Positions 1 through 9,248 of a DNA stretch of 64,000 nt are shown in pieces (the stretch's first letter is position 1; the number at the start of each line of letters is the position of its first letter). The translations under genes were made by a program, and so were the position numbers. The stretch lies in NCBI GenBank assembly GCA_041651455.1, contig JBAZJG010000004.1:8848-72847 (forward strand). Reading direction: 5' to 3'. This DNA is from Candidatus Omnitrophota bacterium (GTDB taxonomy: Bacteria > Omnitrophota > Gorgyraeia > Pluralincolimonadales > Pluralincolimonadaceae). The notes under the pieces are model-generated. The model searched no databases. It worked only from the letters and a program-made list of their open reading frames with translations, and was not told where the DNA came from.

Positions 1-496
1 GCAGCTTCCAGCCGTTTTCTTCTTTCCTGAGTTTCAGCCGGAACTTGTCCTTCTCCCCTTCGAGCCCTTCAGTTATGGAATCTGACTTGCCGTCCTTGGT
101 CTTGCCTATGATAAGCGCGACGACCTCGGCTTCAGCTTGCGTGGCATCCTTCGTCCCGTTCAGCGTAATATCCGTCCTCTCTATATTTATGAAGATATCC
201 TTGTAATACGCGAGGAACGATTTCGCGCCGTAAACGACTGTCATCCTGTCATTGCCGTACTTGTCCTTATAGTCCGCGGAGACCATGTCCGAAAGGCCGA
301 TGATATCCCTCTTCTCGAGGCGGGACTTGCCCTGCATGATGAACTTGCGGACCTTCGCCTCCTCGCCGCCGAAGATATCGCGCGCGAAGTTGAACCCGAA
401 ATACGCCACCGACGAGATGACGACGGCCCAGATGTATATCTTGAGCCATGACCTGCCGCTGCGGCGGTCAGTAGAGCTTCTTGTTGGGCAGTTCAT
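1..496 (-). CDS. Hypothetical membrane-anchored protein, 3' part truncated by the window start (not in ORF track because no stop lies inside the window)
   Basis: Open minus-strand frame from an ATG at 496 (revcomp of cat at 494-496) down to position 1: MNCPTRSSTDRSGRSWLKIYIWAVVISSVAYFGFNFARDIFGG...TEGLEGEKDKFRLKLRKEENGWKL, with an N-terminal hydrophobic helix and no in-frame stops. Overlaps the deaminase gene's 3' end by 29 nt. The listed 267..449 and 137..451 ORFs are other frames of the same DNA and are Arg-rich junk. Confidence 0.45.
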   Translation of the reverse strand, partial: MNCPTRSSTDRRSGRSWLKIYIWAVVISSVAYFGFNFARDIFGGEEAKVRKFIMQGKSRLEKRDIIGLSDMVSADYKDKYGNDRMTVVYGAKSFLAYYKDIFINIERTDITLNGTKDATQAEAEVVALIIGKTKDGKSDSITEGLEGEKDKFRLKLRKEENGWKL

Positions 497-935
497 TGAA
501 CCTCCTGAAGAGTTCTAGGCACTCGCCGCGCATGAAACCACGGACTATCCTAACCCTGCTTTTCCCGAGGGCTTTCAGCCGGCTGTCGGTTATCATCAGT
601 TCGTTGAAACCTATCTTCTTCGCGTCCTTCGTATCCGTCCCGAAGATGACCTTCCCGATGCGCGCCCAGTGTATCGCGGAAAAGCACATCGGGCACGGTT
701 CCGTCGTCGAGTATATCTCACAGCCCGAGAGGTCGAACGTCTTGAGCTTGCGGGACGCGATGCGTATCGCGTTCACCTCGGCATGGCATGACGCGTCGTC
801 CCTGAGCACCGTATTGCGCGCGACCGCGAGGACCTTCCCGCCCTTGACTATGCATGCGCCGAACGGCCCTCCGTCCGGCTTTTTGAGGTTCTTTCCCGCT
901 TCCGAAATGGCCAGCAGCATGAATACCCTGTTCAT
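468..935 (-). CDS. Cytidine/deoxycytidylate-type zinc deaminase, guanine deaminase (GuaD)-like
   Basis: 155 aa with HAEvnAIR and PCPMC zinc-binding motifs, GGPFGAcIVK near the N-terminus and an NKKLY C-terminus, closely resembling the B. subtilis-type small guanine deaminase of the CDA fold. Confidence 0.65.
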   Translation of the reverse strand: MNRVFMLLAISEAGKNLKKPDGGPFGACIVKGGKVLAVARNTVLRDDASCHAEVNAIRIASRKLKTFDLSGCEIYSTTEPCPMCFSAIHWARIGKVIFGTDTKDAKKIGFNELMITDSRLKALGKSRVRIVRGFMRGECLELFRRFNELPNKKLY

Positions 936-1594
936 CTCTTCTCCAGTTCCCTTATCGCATCCGAGGCGATCCAGCGCGCGGCCTTCGAATCTGTACTATA
1001 TATCTCCTTCGCCGTCTTCAGCGCCGCTTTCCTGAGACGCGCGTTGCGCTTGCCGATCTGCCGCAGCGCCCAGTTGACGGCCTTCCTGACGTAATTCCGC
1101 TCATCGCGGGATTCCCTTTTTATCACGGGAAAATACCTCATGAAGGCCGCGTCTTTGGCTTTCTTGTCGTGTACGGCGAGGCATGCCATCAGCGCGAAAC
1201 CCGCGCGCTTGACGTACTCTTCCTTCCTCCCGCTCCATTCGAACGTCTTCTTGTGCGCGGCGCCGGTATAAGAGAAGAGGTTCGAGCAGACCTGGTCGCA
1301 GGTGTCCCATGAATCGAATCCCTCCGCCCAGAGGTCCATTTGGCGCGGCGTAACAAGGCCGGGGTCGTCCACCATGCCCGCGAGTATCCGGGCCTCATGT
1401 ATCCCGGACGACCATAAAACATGGGCGACGGCGTGGTCCCTGCCCGTCCGCCTTGCTATCTTCCTTAATACAGGTATAGGGACGCCGAGGGTATTGCGGG
1501 GATTGATGCCGAAGCGCGCCATCCCTTCGACGTTCTTGGGGTTTGAGAGAGATTTCAGTTCTTCCAGGATGTCCCTGGCGAGGCAACGCGGCAT
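932..1594 (-). CDS. DNA alkylation repair enzyme (AlkC/AlkD-like HEAT-repeat glycosylase family)
   Basis: 220 aa, helical repeat protein with a conserved Trp/Asp-rich core (WSSGIHEARILAGMVDDPGLV, DSWDTCDQVCSNLF), typical of the pfam DNA_alkylation family. Confidence 0.55.
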   Translation of the reverse strand: MPRCLARDILEELKSLSNPKNVEGMARFGINPRNTLGVPIPVLRKIARRTGRDHAVAHVLWSSGIHEARILAGMVDDPGLVTPRQMDLWAEGFDSWDTCDQVCSNLFSYTGAAHKKTFEWSGRKEEYVKRAGFALMACLAVHDKKAKDAAFMRYFPVIKRESRDERNYVRKAVNWALRQIGKRNARLRKAALKTAKEIYSTDSKAARWIASDAIRELEKR

Positions 1595-1598
1595 AAGT

Positions 1599-1859
1599 TT
1601 ATTTTTTCAGGGATATGCCTACGAGTTTTGCCGATACGCCCGCTATCGCGTTGAGTTTCCTCGCGAGCCCGGCCGTCTGCCTGCTGTCGCCGACGAGTTC
1701 GAGTATTATAAGGCCCGTGTCGGAACAGCTTCCGGCGACGCCGTCATGTATGCCGAGGCGCGTCTTGACGATACAGCCGTACTTCGTGAGCACCTTCTGG
1801 AACTGCACCGCCGATTTGCTCCTCGTGCGCAGCAGGGCTATCAGAATGGATTTCTTCAT
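1599..1859 (-). CDS. Small ACT/NikR-C-like regulatory protein (TM1266-like, putative hydrogenase-system regulator family)
   Basis: 86 aa with a beta-alpha-beta pattern: LIALL...VQFQKVLTKYGCIVKTRLGIHDG...GLIILELVGDS...KLNAIAGVSAKLV. Family assignment is from memory of the TM1266/TIGR03959 family. Confidence 0.35.
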   Translation of the reverse strand: MKKSILIALLRTRSKSAVQFQKVLTKYGCIVKTRLGIHDGVAGSCSDTGLIILELVGDSRQTAGLARKLNAIAGVSAKLVGISLKK

Positions 1860-1870
1860 CGCGTGCCTCC

Positions 1871-2260
1871 TTAGAATCCCGAAGGGTTCTGCTTGTTCTT
1901 CTCTTCGGACTGTATCTTGTAGAGGTAGGCGTCCGCCTCCTCGATGCTCTCGAATACCTTCATGCTCGGCAGCGCCTTGACTATCTCGAAAACTTTCTTG
2001 ACCTGCGGCTGGATGTTCGTCATCATGAACGTCCCGTTGGACTTGTCGAGCGTCCTCTGTATCTTGAATATCGTGTTGAGCCCCATGCTGCTTACGTATT
2101 CGACGCCGTCCATGTCGAATATCACGACCTTAGCCCCGGAATTCAGGATGGGCGAGATCCTGTCGTCGAGCTCCTTGTATGTGTCCGAATCGATAGAGCC
2201 GTCAAGCGTGAATACGAATACGTCACCGGGTTTCTTCTCCGAATTGACCTTAAGCGACAT
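1871..2260 (-). CDS. STAS-domain anti-sigma factor antagonist (SpoIIAA-like)
   Basis: 129 aa: FVFTLDGSIDSDTYKELDDRI..., ...VVIFDMDGVEYVSSMGLNTIFKI. Typical STAS fold signature with the conserved Ser in the DxxxVxYiSSxGL motif. Confidence 0.65.
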   Translation of the reverse strand: MSLKVNSEKKPGDVFVFTLDGSIDSDTYKELDDRISPILNSGAKVVIFDMDGVEYVSSMGLNTIFKIQRTLDKSNGTFMMTNIQPQVKKVFEIVKALPSMKVFESIEEADAYLYKIQSEEKNKQNPSGF

Positions 2261-2277
2261 CTCTTCCTCCTATGATT

Positions 2278-3366
2278 TCAATCGCCGAAACACGTGCCCA
2301 GTGCGCGGGCGGCTTCTACGAGGTAGTTGTCGCGCGGCACAAGGCGTTTCCCGTTCGCGACATCGCGCAGGGACACTTTGACGAAATCGTTGTCCTTAAC
2401 GCCGACCATGTTGCCGAACGCGCCTTCATCTATGAAATCCACCGCCTTCGACCCGAGCTGCGTAGCCAGGACGCGGTCGAACGGCGTCGGGGAGCCTCCT
2501 CTCTGCAGGTGGCCCATGACGACCGCGCGGGTCTCGATGCAGGTAAGCTTCTCGATCTGGTCGCCGAGCACGAACCCTATGCCTCCAAGCCGCACGGCCT
2601 CGGTGCTCGCCTTCACGATCCTCTGCACCACGACATCGCCGCCCTTCGGCTTGGCGCCCTCCGCAACGACCACGATGCTGAACCTCTTGCCCTTGCCGTG
2701 CCTTTCCCTTATCTTCTTTACTATGACATTTATATCGTACGGTATCTCGGGGATGAGTATTATGTCGCCGCCGCCCGCGACGCCCGCGTGCAGGGCTATC
2801 CATCCGGCGGTGCGGCCCATTACCTCGACTATCATCACGCGATGGTGCGACTGGGCCGTCGTATGGACGCGGTCGATGCCTTCCGTCGCGACCGAAACCG
2901 CCGTGTCGAAACCGAACGTTATGTCGGTGCCGACTATATCGTTATCTATCGTCTTCGGAACGCCTACGATCGGGATGCCGTCCTCAAAAAGCCTGTAAGC
3001 CATCGAAAGCGTCCCGTCGCCGCCGATTGCGACAAGAGCGTCGGCTTTCATCTTTTTGAAATTACTGACCGCCCTCTTATGGTAATCCTTGAAGATGAGC
3101 TTGCAGCCCTTCCCCTCAATTGCATAACGGTAAGGGTTGGCAATATTGGACGTGCCGAGTATCGTACCGCCCATGGTCAATATGCCCGACACGTCGGAGT
3201 TCTCGAGCTTTTTCACCCTGTTCTTCACAAGGCCCTCGTAGCCGTCCTCGATACCGATGACCTCTCCGCCCTCGCCCATCGCCTTCTTTGCGACGGCGCG
3301 GATGACCGCGTTAAGTCCGGGGCAGTCGCCGCCTCCGGTAAGTATCGCTATCCTTCTCTTCTTCAT
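2278..3366 (-). CDS. pfkA: 6-phosphofructokinase (ATP/PPi-dependent PFK family)
   Basis: RIAILTGGGDCPGLNAVIRAV..., GGDGT..., MGR motifs throughout. The track ORF starts at 3402, but the ATG at 3366 (MKKRRIAIL) is preceded by GGAGAAAAC and is the likely start. Confidence 0.85.
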   Translation of the reverse strand: MKKRRIAILTGGGDCPGLNAVIRAVAKKAMGEGGEVIGIEDGYEGLVKNRVKKLENSDVSGILTMGGTILGTSNIANPYRYAIEGKGCKLIFKDYHKRAVSNFKKMKADALVAIGGDGTLSMAYRLFEDGIPIVGVPKTIDNDIVGTDITFGFDTAVSVATEGIDRVHTTAQSHHRVMIVEVMGRTAGWIALHAGVAGGGDIILIPEIPYDINVIVKKIRERHGKGKRFSIVVVAEGAKPKGGDVVVQRIVKASTEAVRLGGIGFVLGDQIEKLTCIETRAVVMGHLQRGGSPTPFDRVLATQLGSKAVDFIDEGAFGNMVGVKDNDFVKVSLRDVANGKRLVPRDNYLVEAARALGTCFGD

Positions 3367-3410
3367 GTTTTCTCCGGGATGATAAAAATAGTCTATAAGC
3401 AAACTGCATG

Positions 3411-4364
3411 TTAGTCAATCTCTTTTATGACCGCGAGCATCTCTTTTTTGGTCGAGGCGAAGCATGCCTTCACGCGCAGCTGCCGGACATTGTCGAGGCC
3501 CCTCGTATACCAGCTGAAGAACTTGCGGAAGGACGGCACGGCCCTTTTGGCCCCGAAGCACCTTATCGACGCGTTGAGGTGGGCGGTCATCGTCCTTATC
3601 ACTTCTTTCTTCGTCGGCCTCGGCGGGCAAGTCCCGCGCGCGAGGTATTCCTCTATCTCCGCGAAGATCCACGGGTTCCCGAGCCCGCCGCGCGCGATGA
3701 GTATGCCGTCGCAGCCGGTCTCGTCAAACATCTTCTTCGCCTGCGGCCCCGACAGCACGTCACCGCTGCCGATCACGGGGATTTTTACGGCATCCTTCAC
3801 TTCTTTTATTATGCCGTAATCTACGGTACCGCTGTAGAGCTGGTTGCGCGTCCTCCCGTGGATGAAGACCGCACTGACCCCCGCGTCTTCGGCATGGAGC
3901 GCGGCGTCCCTTGCATTAATGGTGTTCCTGTCCCATCCGGCGCGCAGTTTTACAGTGACGGGCCACTTCGATTCCCTTACGAATATCTTCAGGATGCGTT
4001 TGAGCTTTTTGAGGTCTTTCAGCAGGGCCGCGCCCTCCCCTTTTGCTACGACCTTTCGTTCGGGGCATGCGGCATTGAAATCGAGTATATCGAACTTGTG
4101 CCTGTGGAGTTTTTCTATCGCGCGGTTGATATACTCTGGCTCGTTGCCTACAAGCTGGACCCCGAGGGGCCTGTCGCCCTTCGCCGAACCGAGGAGCTCG
4201 AGCGCCTTCACGTTGTTGTAGCTCAGCGAGCGCGCGTTTACCATCTCCGTGAACGCGAACTCTGCGCCGGCCTTGCGGTTAAGCATACGGTACGGAAGGT
4301 CGCTTATCCCCGCCATCGGGGCGAGGATAAGGTTGGATTTAAGTTTTAGATTTCCGATTTCCAT
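3411..4364 (-). CDS. dus: tRNA-dihydrouridine synthase (Dus family, FMN TIM barrel)
   Basis: 317 aa: LAPMAGISDLPYR, catalytic Cys region NAACPE, helical C-terminal tRNA-binding domain. Typical Dus architecture. Confidence 0.8.
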   Translation of the reverse strand: MEIGNLKLKSNLILAPMAGISDLPYRMLNRKAGAEFAFTEMVNARSLSYNNVKALELLGSAKGDRPLGVQLVGNEPEYINRAIEKLHRHKFDILDFNAACPERKVVAKGEGAALLKDLKKLKRILKIFVRESKWPVTVKLRAGWDRNTINARDAALHAEDAGVSAVFIHGRTRNQLYSGTVDYGIIKEVKDAVKIPVIGSGDVLSGPQAKKMFDETGCDGILIARGGLGNPWIFAEIEEYLARGTCPPRPTKKEVIRTMTAHLNASIRCFGAKRAVPSFRKFFSWYTRGLDNVRQLRVKACFASTKKEMLAVIKEID

Positions 4365-5700
4365 TTTTCTTCAAATACCGCCTTCTCCAGTACCGGAATT
4401 CCAATACAAGTAGTATGATCCCGGCCGAAAGATAAATACCTATTGCCGTCCAGACTATGCCCGGGACCTTCCCGGAATACGGCGTCACGCCCTCCGTAAG
4501 TATCGGACGCGTCATAACAAAAAGCATCGCCACTTCGCCAAGCGGCGGGGCCTTTGTCCCAAAATACGCCATTAAACTGGGGAATACATATCCGAAGGGA
4601 GTCGGCCAGGAGATCGCTATCGCTTCCATGGTTACGGGGACAGAACGGTCGAGCCGCCCCAATGAGCGTGAGGGCCCGATGCTGAAGATAGAAGCAACCG
4701 TACCGTATCCGGCAATCACCGGCCCGGTATCCGCGTCCGAGAACCGTGATTTGCTGTCCCGCGGAAATTCCCTGAATCCTGAGCAAAAACCGTTATCCTG
4801 CCAAAAATACTTGTCATATGCGTCATACCAATTCCCGGCAATCCCGATATCAAGTTCGGGCGCAAATATAAGTATTCCCGAATTCGAGCAGCCGCGGGCA
4901 TCATCGCAGGGTTCGGCAGTATCGGCCATCGAGGAGTAGGCGGGTATCCCCTCCTTGGATAGCGAACGCTCGTTAAGCACGGATAATACGTCCGTTTTCA
5001 GCTTTGAGTGGTCCGCGCCAATCAGGCCATCCGCCCGGATTATAGCCGCGACGGCCCACAACACATCATTAGGATAACACTCTCCGGGATAATCATTGAG
5101 CATGTGATATTGCGCGCCCGCCAGTTCATCGGCAAGGGAGTTCGCCTGGCTGGACAACAGCTTGTGATATGTCTTGTCCGCCGATATCCTCTCATAGCTT
5201 GACAGTCCCATTATCAGCAGCATCCTGTAAAAACAATTTTCCTTGTCGAGATAGCTGTCGCCCCATTTCGCTTTTACCCATGAAGCCGTATCCGGATCGG
5301 CGACAATATCTGCTGCGGCTTTGGCTGCCTTTCTTATTGCGTGCTTCATCTTCACGGCTTCGGCATCATCGCGGTCACCCAACTGCGATAGTATCTCCTC
5401 GGCGGTGACCAGGTAATAGACCGACCCGAACATGGGCCATTCCGTCGCCGCGACGTGTCCGGGATCGACCTTTGTCGCGCGCCGGGAAGCGAGATAGCCG
5501 GCGGCCCATTTCCCGTATTGGCCGGATACCCTCTTGAAATCTTTGAACATGAACGCGGGGATCTCTCCCCTCCTTAGGGCGGGATCGAACGCCACTTTAA
5601 GGCAGAAAAAAGCGGGATAGAATAACAAGCAGAAGACCGCCAATACAACGATTGCCGAGGCTATTTTATTAATGACCCTTTCCCTCCAGTATATGTTCAA
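4339..5700 (-). CDS. Hypothetical integral membrane protein (hydrophobic segments at both ends, ~330-aa soluble middle domain)
   Basis: 453-aa ORF with hydrophobic segments at residues ~13-35 and in the last ~70 aa. Starts with TTG at 5700 and overlaps the upstream radical SAM gene by 32 nt. No family recognised. Confidence 0.4.
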   Translation of the reverse strand: MNIYWRERVINKIASAIVVLAVFCLLFYPAFFCLKVAFDPALRRGEIPAFMFKDFKRVSGQYGKWAAGYLASRRATKVDPGHVAATEWPMFGSVYYLVTAEEILSQLGDRDDAEAVKMKHAIRKAAKAAADIVADPDTASWVKAKWGDSYLDKENCFYRMLLIMGLSSYERISADKTYHKLLSSQANSLADELAGAQYHMLNDYPGECYPNDVLWAVAAIIRADGLIGADHSKLKTDVLSVLNERSLSKEGIPAYSSMADTAEPCDDARGCSNSGILIFAPELDIGIAGNWYDAYDKYFWQDNGFCSGFREFPRDSKSRFSDADTGPVIAGYGTVASIFSIGPSRSLGRLDRSVPVTMEAIAISWPTPFGYVFPSLMAYFGTKAPPLGEVAMLFVMTRPILTEGVTPYSGKVPGIVWTAIGIYLSAGIILLVLEFRYWRRRYLKKNGNRKSKT

Positions 5701-7030
5701 GCGGCGGGATCGCCATGTTCAATCTTTTCATGTTTACTATGAGCCCCCAGACCGGGTCGAACTTCTTCCAGCATCCAGTATAGACAAAATGCCGGATTTT
5801 ATCAAACAAATCGTCCTTGGATGCCGCCGACCTGCAGATGTTCTTCCACGCGTAGAACTTTTTGTAAGCGCGCCGGTATCCCTCTTCTATGGTCTCGCGG
5901 CTCATCGACGCGTGCCTGAATACCACGTGCCTGGTATCATATAGGTCCCAATCCCGGTGCAATATGCGCCCTTCGCCGGAATACCTGTTGAACACCCCCG
6001 TGCCCGGGTAAGGCGTAAGTATGTGGAAGGTAGCGGTCTCAAGGCCATTCGCGACCGCCCAATCTACTGTAGAGTCGAAGACGCCCACAGTATCGGAATC
6101 CAGGCCGAAGACGAAACTGGCATTTATCATGACTCCGCGGCTGTGTAAAGCGTTTATGGCCTTTTGGTATTCCTCCACCCTGTTGTGGTTCTTCCCGTGC
6201 ATCAACATGCCGGCCTGGTCAAGGGATTCGAAACCTATAAAGAGGCTCCTTAACCCCGATGCGACCGCACGATCCAGCAGGTCCCCGTCCAGGATCGACC
6301 TTACTGTAGCCGCGCCCTGCCATATTCGCTTCATTCCGCGCATACCGGAGAACAGCTCAAAGGCGAACTTCCGGTCCCCGAATATGTTGTCGTCCAGAAA
6401 GAACAGATGGCGGCCTTTGAGCGCCCCTATTTCGGCAAGGGCCTGATCGACCGTGTATGTATAAAATGATTTGCCGTCCCGGAAAAAATCATCCTTGTAG
6501 CAGAAATCACATGAATAGGGGCATCCCCTCGACACCACTATCGAATTGGGCACCAGGTAATTACGCTTCTTGATGAGGTCACGGCGTATCTCCGGAAGTC
6601 CGGCAAGCGTGCGCTCCGACGAATGATATACGCGTGACGCGCGGCCCTCGCGAAAATCCGAGAGGAAACGCGGCCAGGCTTCTTCCGCGGGGCCGAGGAC
6701 TACCGAATCGGCATGCAAAAGGGCCTCGTCCGGGATTGACGTTACATGCAGGCCGCCCATCACTACGTAGGACCCGGCCTTCCTGTAGAAATCGGCGATC
6801 TCGTAAGATCTCGCGGCGGACGTAATATACGCTTCTATAGCGACGAGGTCCGGCGCATCGTTGAGTTCGAGCGGCTCCACATGTTCATCTATTATTACCG
6901 CTTCGTCGCCGGCATCAAGATACCCCGCAAGAGTGGCAAGCCCGAGAGGAGGGAATAACGAATATTTTACCGGCCGCCAGGACCTGCCCCTGGCTTCGGT
7001 CAAAGCCGGCAAAATGAACTTAACGCGCAA
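5669..7030 (-). CDS. B12-binding domain / radical SAM domain protein (class B radical SAM family, unknown substrate)
   Basis: N-terminal cobalamin-binding Rossmann-like domain (AVIIDEH...VVMGGLHVT) followed by the CxxxCxxC cluster motif in SRGCPYSCDFC. TTG start at 7030 with GAGGA 9 nt upstream. Confidence 0.75.
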   Translation of the reverse strand: MRVKFILPALTEARGRSWRPVKYSLFPPLGLATLAGYLDAGDEAVIIDEHVEPLELNDAPDLVAIEAYITSAARSYEIADFYRKAGSYVVMGGLHVTSIPDEALLHADSVVLGPAEEAWPRFLSDFREGRASRVYHSSERTLAGLPEIRRDLIKKRNYLVPNSIVVSRGCPYSCDFCYKDDFFRDGKSFYTYTVDQALAEIGALKGRHLFFLDDNIFGDRKFAFELFSGMRGMKRIWQGAATVRSILDGDLLDRAVASGLRSLFIGFESLDQAGMLMHGKNHNRVEEYQKAINALHSRGVMINASFVFGLDSDTVGVFDSTVDWAVANGLETATFHILTPYPGTGVFNRYSGEGRILHRDWDLYDTRHVVFRHASMSRETIEEGYRRAYKKFYAWKNICRSAASKDDLFDKIRHFVYTGCWKKFDPVWGLIVNMKRLNMAIPPLEHILEGKGH

Positions 7031-7051
7031 GCTGCTTTATCCTCGGGTAGG

Positions 7052-7471
7052 CTACGATAATTTTATATATTTCTTCGGGGCAAAATTTTCCTCGAACTTC
7101 CAGACGCACGCGACGCATTCCGTCATGCGGAAGACCGCAAGGATATCGAGGCCGAGTTCCTCTATCCACGGCTTCAGGAAAGGCCTCGTCGCGACGATCT
7201 CGCGCTTCAGGTCGTCGTCGTATATGATGGCCACCTTACCCGCGACCCTCACCTGGGTATTCGTATTGCGGTCGAAAAAGCACGCCTCGACAAGCGGGTT
7301 ATCGCGGACCTGCTTGAAGAGGTCCTTTGTGCTGCCGGTGTGGAATATTATGCCTTCCTCGTCGGCGCGGTACGCCATCATCCCGCGCACGCGCGGCTGG
7401 TCGCCCTCCGCCGTAGCGAGATAGCATGAGAGGTTGGCGTTTATCAGTTTCAGTATCTCTTCTTTGGTCAT
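7052..7471 (-). CDS. Pyridoxamine 5'-phosphate oxidase-like FMN-binding protein (general stress protein 26-like)
   Basis: 139 aa split-barrel pattern: CYLATAEGDQPRVRGMMA...IIFHTGSTKDLFKQVRDNPLVEACFFD. Confidence 0.55.
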   Translation of the reverse strand: MTKEEILKLINANLSCYLATAEGDQPRVRGMMAYRADEEGIIFHTGSTKDLFKQVRDNPLVEACFFDRNTNTQVRVAGKVAIIYDDDLKREIVATRPFLKPWIEELGLDILAVFRMTECVACVWKFEENFAPKKYIKLS

Positions 7472-8364
7472 TTTGCGGTATCCTTATATAATTCAGACAC
7501 TTCGTTTTCGGTCAGCGCCTTGTCATATATGCGCACATCGTCGACCCACCCTTTCCAGTAACGCATGGGATCCGTCGAATAACCGTTGCCTATCGCGACA
7601 TTCCTGAAATCCAGCGACCTGCCTTTCCAGTATCCGGCCGTATTCGGTATGTTCGGATGGACCGAAGACCCCGGATCGGGATGATTGGTCTCGAAAACCG
7701 CCTTGCCGTCAAAATACCCGTAGCCGGCCCTGCCGTCCCAGGCATAGGCCACATGGTACCACGTCATCGGCTTCATCGAAGATGTGAAAAACCCGGTCCC
7801 GAGGCCGAGCGCCCCTACGACGAACTTTTCATCCGTATACTCTTCGAACCTTATGCAGGAATCCCAGTTCGCGTAGTCGGTCGTGAACGGGTTGCGGCAG
7901 CTCTTTACTTCTTCCGCCTTCATCCAGAACGATATCGTCCCTTCCGGAAAACTGCCGAGGTTCCCGGCGAGTATATAGCTGTTAATGCCGTTAAAATAAT
8001 ATACCTTGCCCCTCTCGGCATCATCCGACAAGACCGCCCCGAAAACAGCGCCATCCCGGCCGTGTCCGCTTCCATCGGCGACCTTCCCGTCCCTGAGGGC
8101 GGCACGGTCAAAGGAATAATGCAGGGCAAGCCCTTTTGCCGCGGGAGCGGGAGTTCTTACCGGCGGCCTCGCGGCGGGCTGCGCGGCGTGTGCCGCGTAT
8201 CCGGGCCTTAACCCGCGCGTCTGCGGATATTCCGACATCGCGTCCCGTATCGCGCTTATCTCGTCGCCCGACGCCGTATGCGGCGTTTCCCGGAAGGTCG
8301 AGCAGCCCGAACCCAGGAATATCGCCGCGGCGGCGATAACAAAAGCGGCCGGCGGCCTTCTCAT
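7468..8364 (-). CDS. Lipoprotein with concanavalin A-like/LamG lectin domain
   Basis: Signal peptide with a lipobox-like LGSGC, a Pro/Ala-rich linker, then a LamG-like domain (GTISFWMKAEE...WYHVAYAWDGRAGYGYFDGKAV...GWVDDVRIYDKAL). Confidence 0.5.
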   Translation of the reverse strand: MRRPPAAFVIAAAAIFLGSGCSTFRETPHTASGDEISAIRDAMSEYPQTRGLRPGYAAHAAQPAARPPVRTPAPAAKGLALHYSFDRAALRDGKVADGSGHGRDGAVFGAVLSDDAERGKVYYFNGINSYILAGNLGSFPEGTISFWMKAEEVKSCRNPFTTDYANWDSCIRFEEYTDEKFVVGALGLGTGFFTSSMKPMTWYHVAYAWDGRAGYGYFDGKAVFETNHPDPGSSVHPNIPNTAGYWKGRSLDFRNVAIGNGYSTDPMRYWKGWVDDVRIYDKALTENEVSELYKDTAK

Positions 8365-8618
8365 TTTATCTTCTCTGTGATCGCCTCTAAACCGCTGTTT
8401 CTCGCGTCGTTGGCGTCAAGGACCTTGTCTACGCTCCTGCGCACTGCGGTGCTGTTCTGCCCGACCGCGCCGAGCGCTTCTATATTGACCGTCTCCATGC
8501 GGTTTTGGACGCCTTTATCCACGGCGGACTGCTGTTCATCTACCCACGAACCCGCCTTATCGCAACCCGATAATATCATCACCGCCATCGCGGCCGTCAA
8601 AGCGATCGTCTTCCTCAT
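8361..8618 (-). CDS. Small putative lipoprotein, hypothetical
   Basis: 85 aa with signal peptide plus ILSGC lipobox. Fills the gap between flanking genes on the same strand. Confidence 0.35.
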   Translation of the reverse strand: MRKTIALTAAMAVMILSGCDKAGSWVDEQQSAVDKGVQNRMETVNIEALGAVGQNSTAVRRSVDKVLDANDARNSGLEAITEKIK

Positions 8619-8630
8619 GAACGCCTCCGT

Positions 8631-9248
8631 TTAAAGGTACCTGACCACGTATTCGAGCGATTTCTTCTTCGGGCCTTCCCTCGTCTCGAGGGGATAGCCC
8701 ACCGGGATGACCGCCATGAACTCACCTTTGGCCTCGCCGAAAAATTCGAGGACCTTGTCCTTTATCAGGAACAGCACCCCGAGCCAGACGCTTCCGAGCC
8801 CGAGCGATGTCGCCGCTATCAGCAGGTTTTCGACTGCCGCGGCCGAGCTCTGTATCTCCATCGTGCGGAAGAAATCCGCCGCCTTGTCTTTCTCTATGCT
8901 GAAAAGCTCCGTGCCGTGCGCTATTAGCGTCCCTGTGTTCATGACCGCGATGACGACCGGCGCGCTGATGATGCTGCGCGCAGCCATGCGCAATATCGAC
9001 GAGGAAGGTTTCGGGAAGTTCGCCGACTGCTCTGTCACGAGCTCGGCCAGTTCGCGCTTCTTTTCACCTTTTATGACGATGAATTTCCATGATTGCTGGT
9101 TATGCGCGGAGGGCGCCTTGTTGGCGGCGTCGAGAACGGTCCTGATGAGTTCGTCGCCGACCGGCGTGTCCCGGAACTGCCGGATGCTGTGGCGGCGGTA
9201 GATCACGCTGAGGGTCTCGTTAGCGTCTACCACTTGATCTGTTTCCAT
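8631..9248 (-). CDS. Nitroreductase family protein
   Basis: 205 aa: RHSIRQF N-terminal motif, SAHNQQSW, C-terminal GYP region. Classic NADH-nitroreductase fold signatures. Confidence 0.7.
   Translation of the reverse strand: METDQVVDANETLSVIYRRHSIRQFRDTPVGDELIRTVLDAANKAPSAHNQQSWKFIVIKGEKKRELAELVTEQSANFPKPSSSILRMAARSIISAPVVIAVMNTGTLIAHGTELFSIEKDKAADFFRTMEIQSSAAAVENLLIAATSLGLGSVWLGVLFLIKDKVLEFFGEAKGEFMAVIPVGYPLETREGPKKKSLEYVVRYL

Noticed and set aside
137-518. Track ORFs 137..451 (+), 267..449 (-) and 285..518 (+)
   Set aside because: Alternative frames of the region that is better explained by the edge-truncated minus-strand CDS 1..496, whose translation has a TM helix and ordinary composition.
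2272-3414. Long plus-strand ORFs (for example 2272..3414, 3408..4349, 10093..10854, 11114..11845, 15807..17456, 18529..20373, 27194..28309, 28532..30412, 30541..31578, 43649..44302, 46944..47654, 50869..51777, 58641..59441)
   Set aside because: Each lies antisense to a minus-strand gene with clear family signatures. Their translations are Arg/Pro/Ala-rich low-complexity sequences typical of shadow ORFs in GC-rich DNA. The last one even runs across tRNA-Leu.
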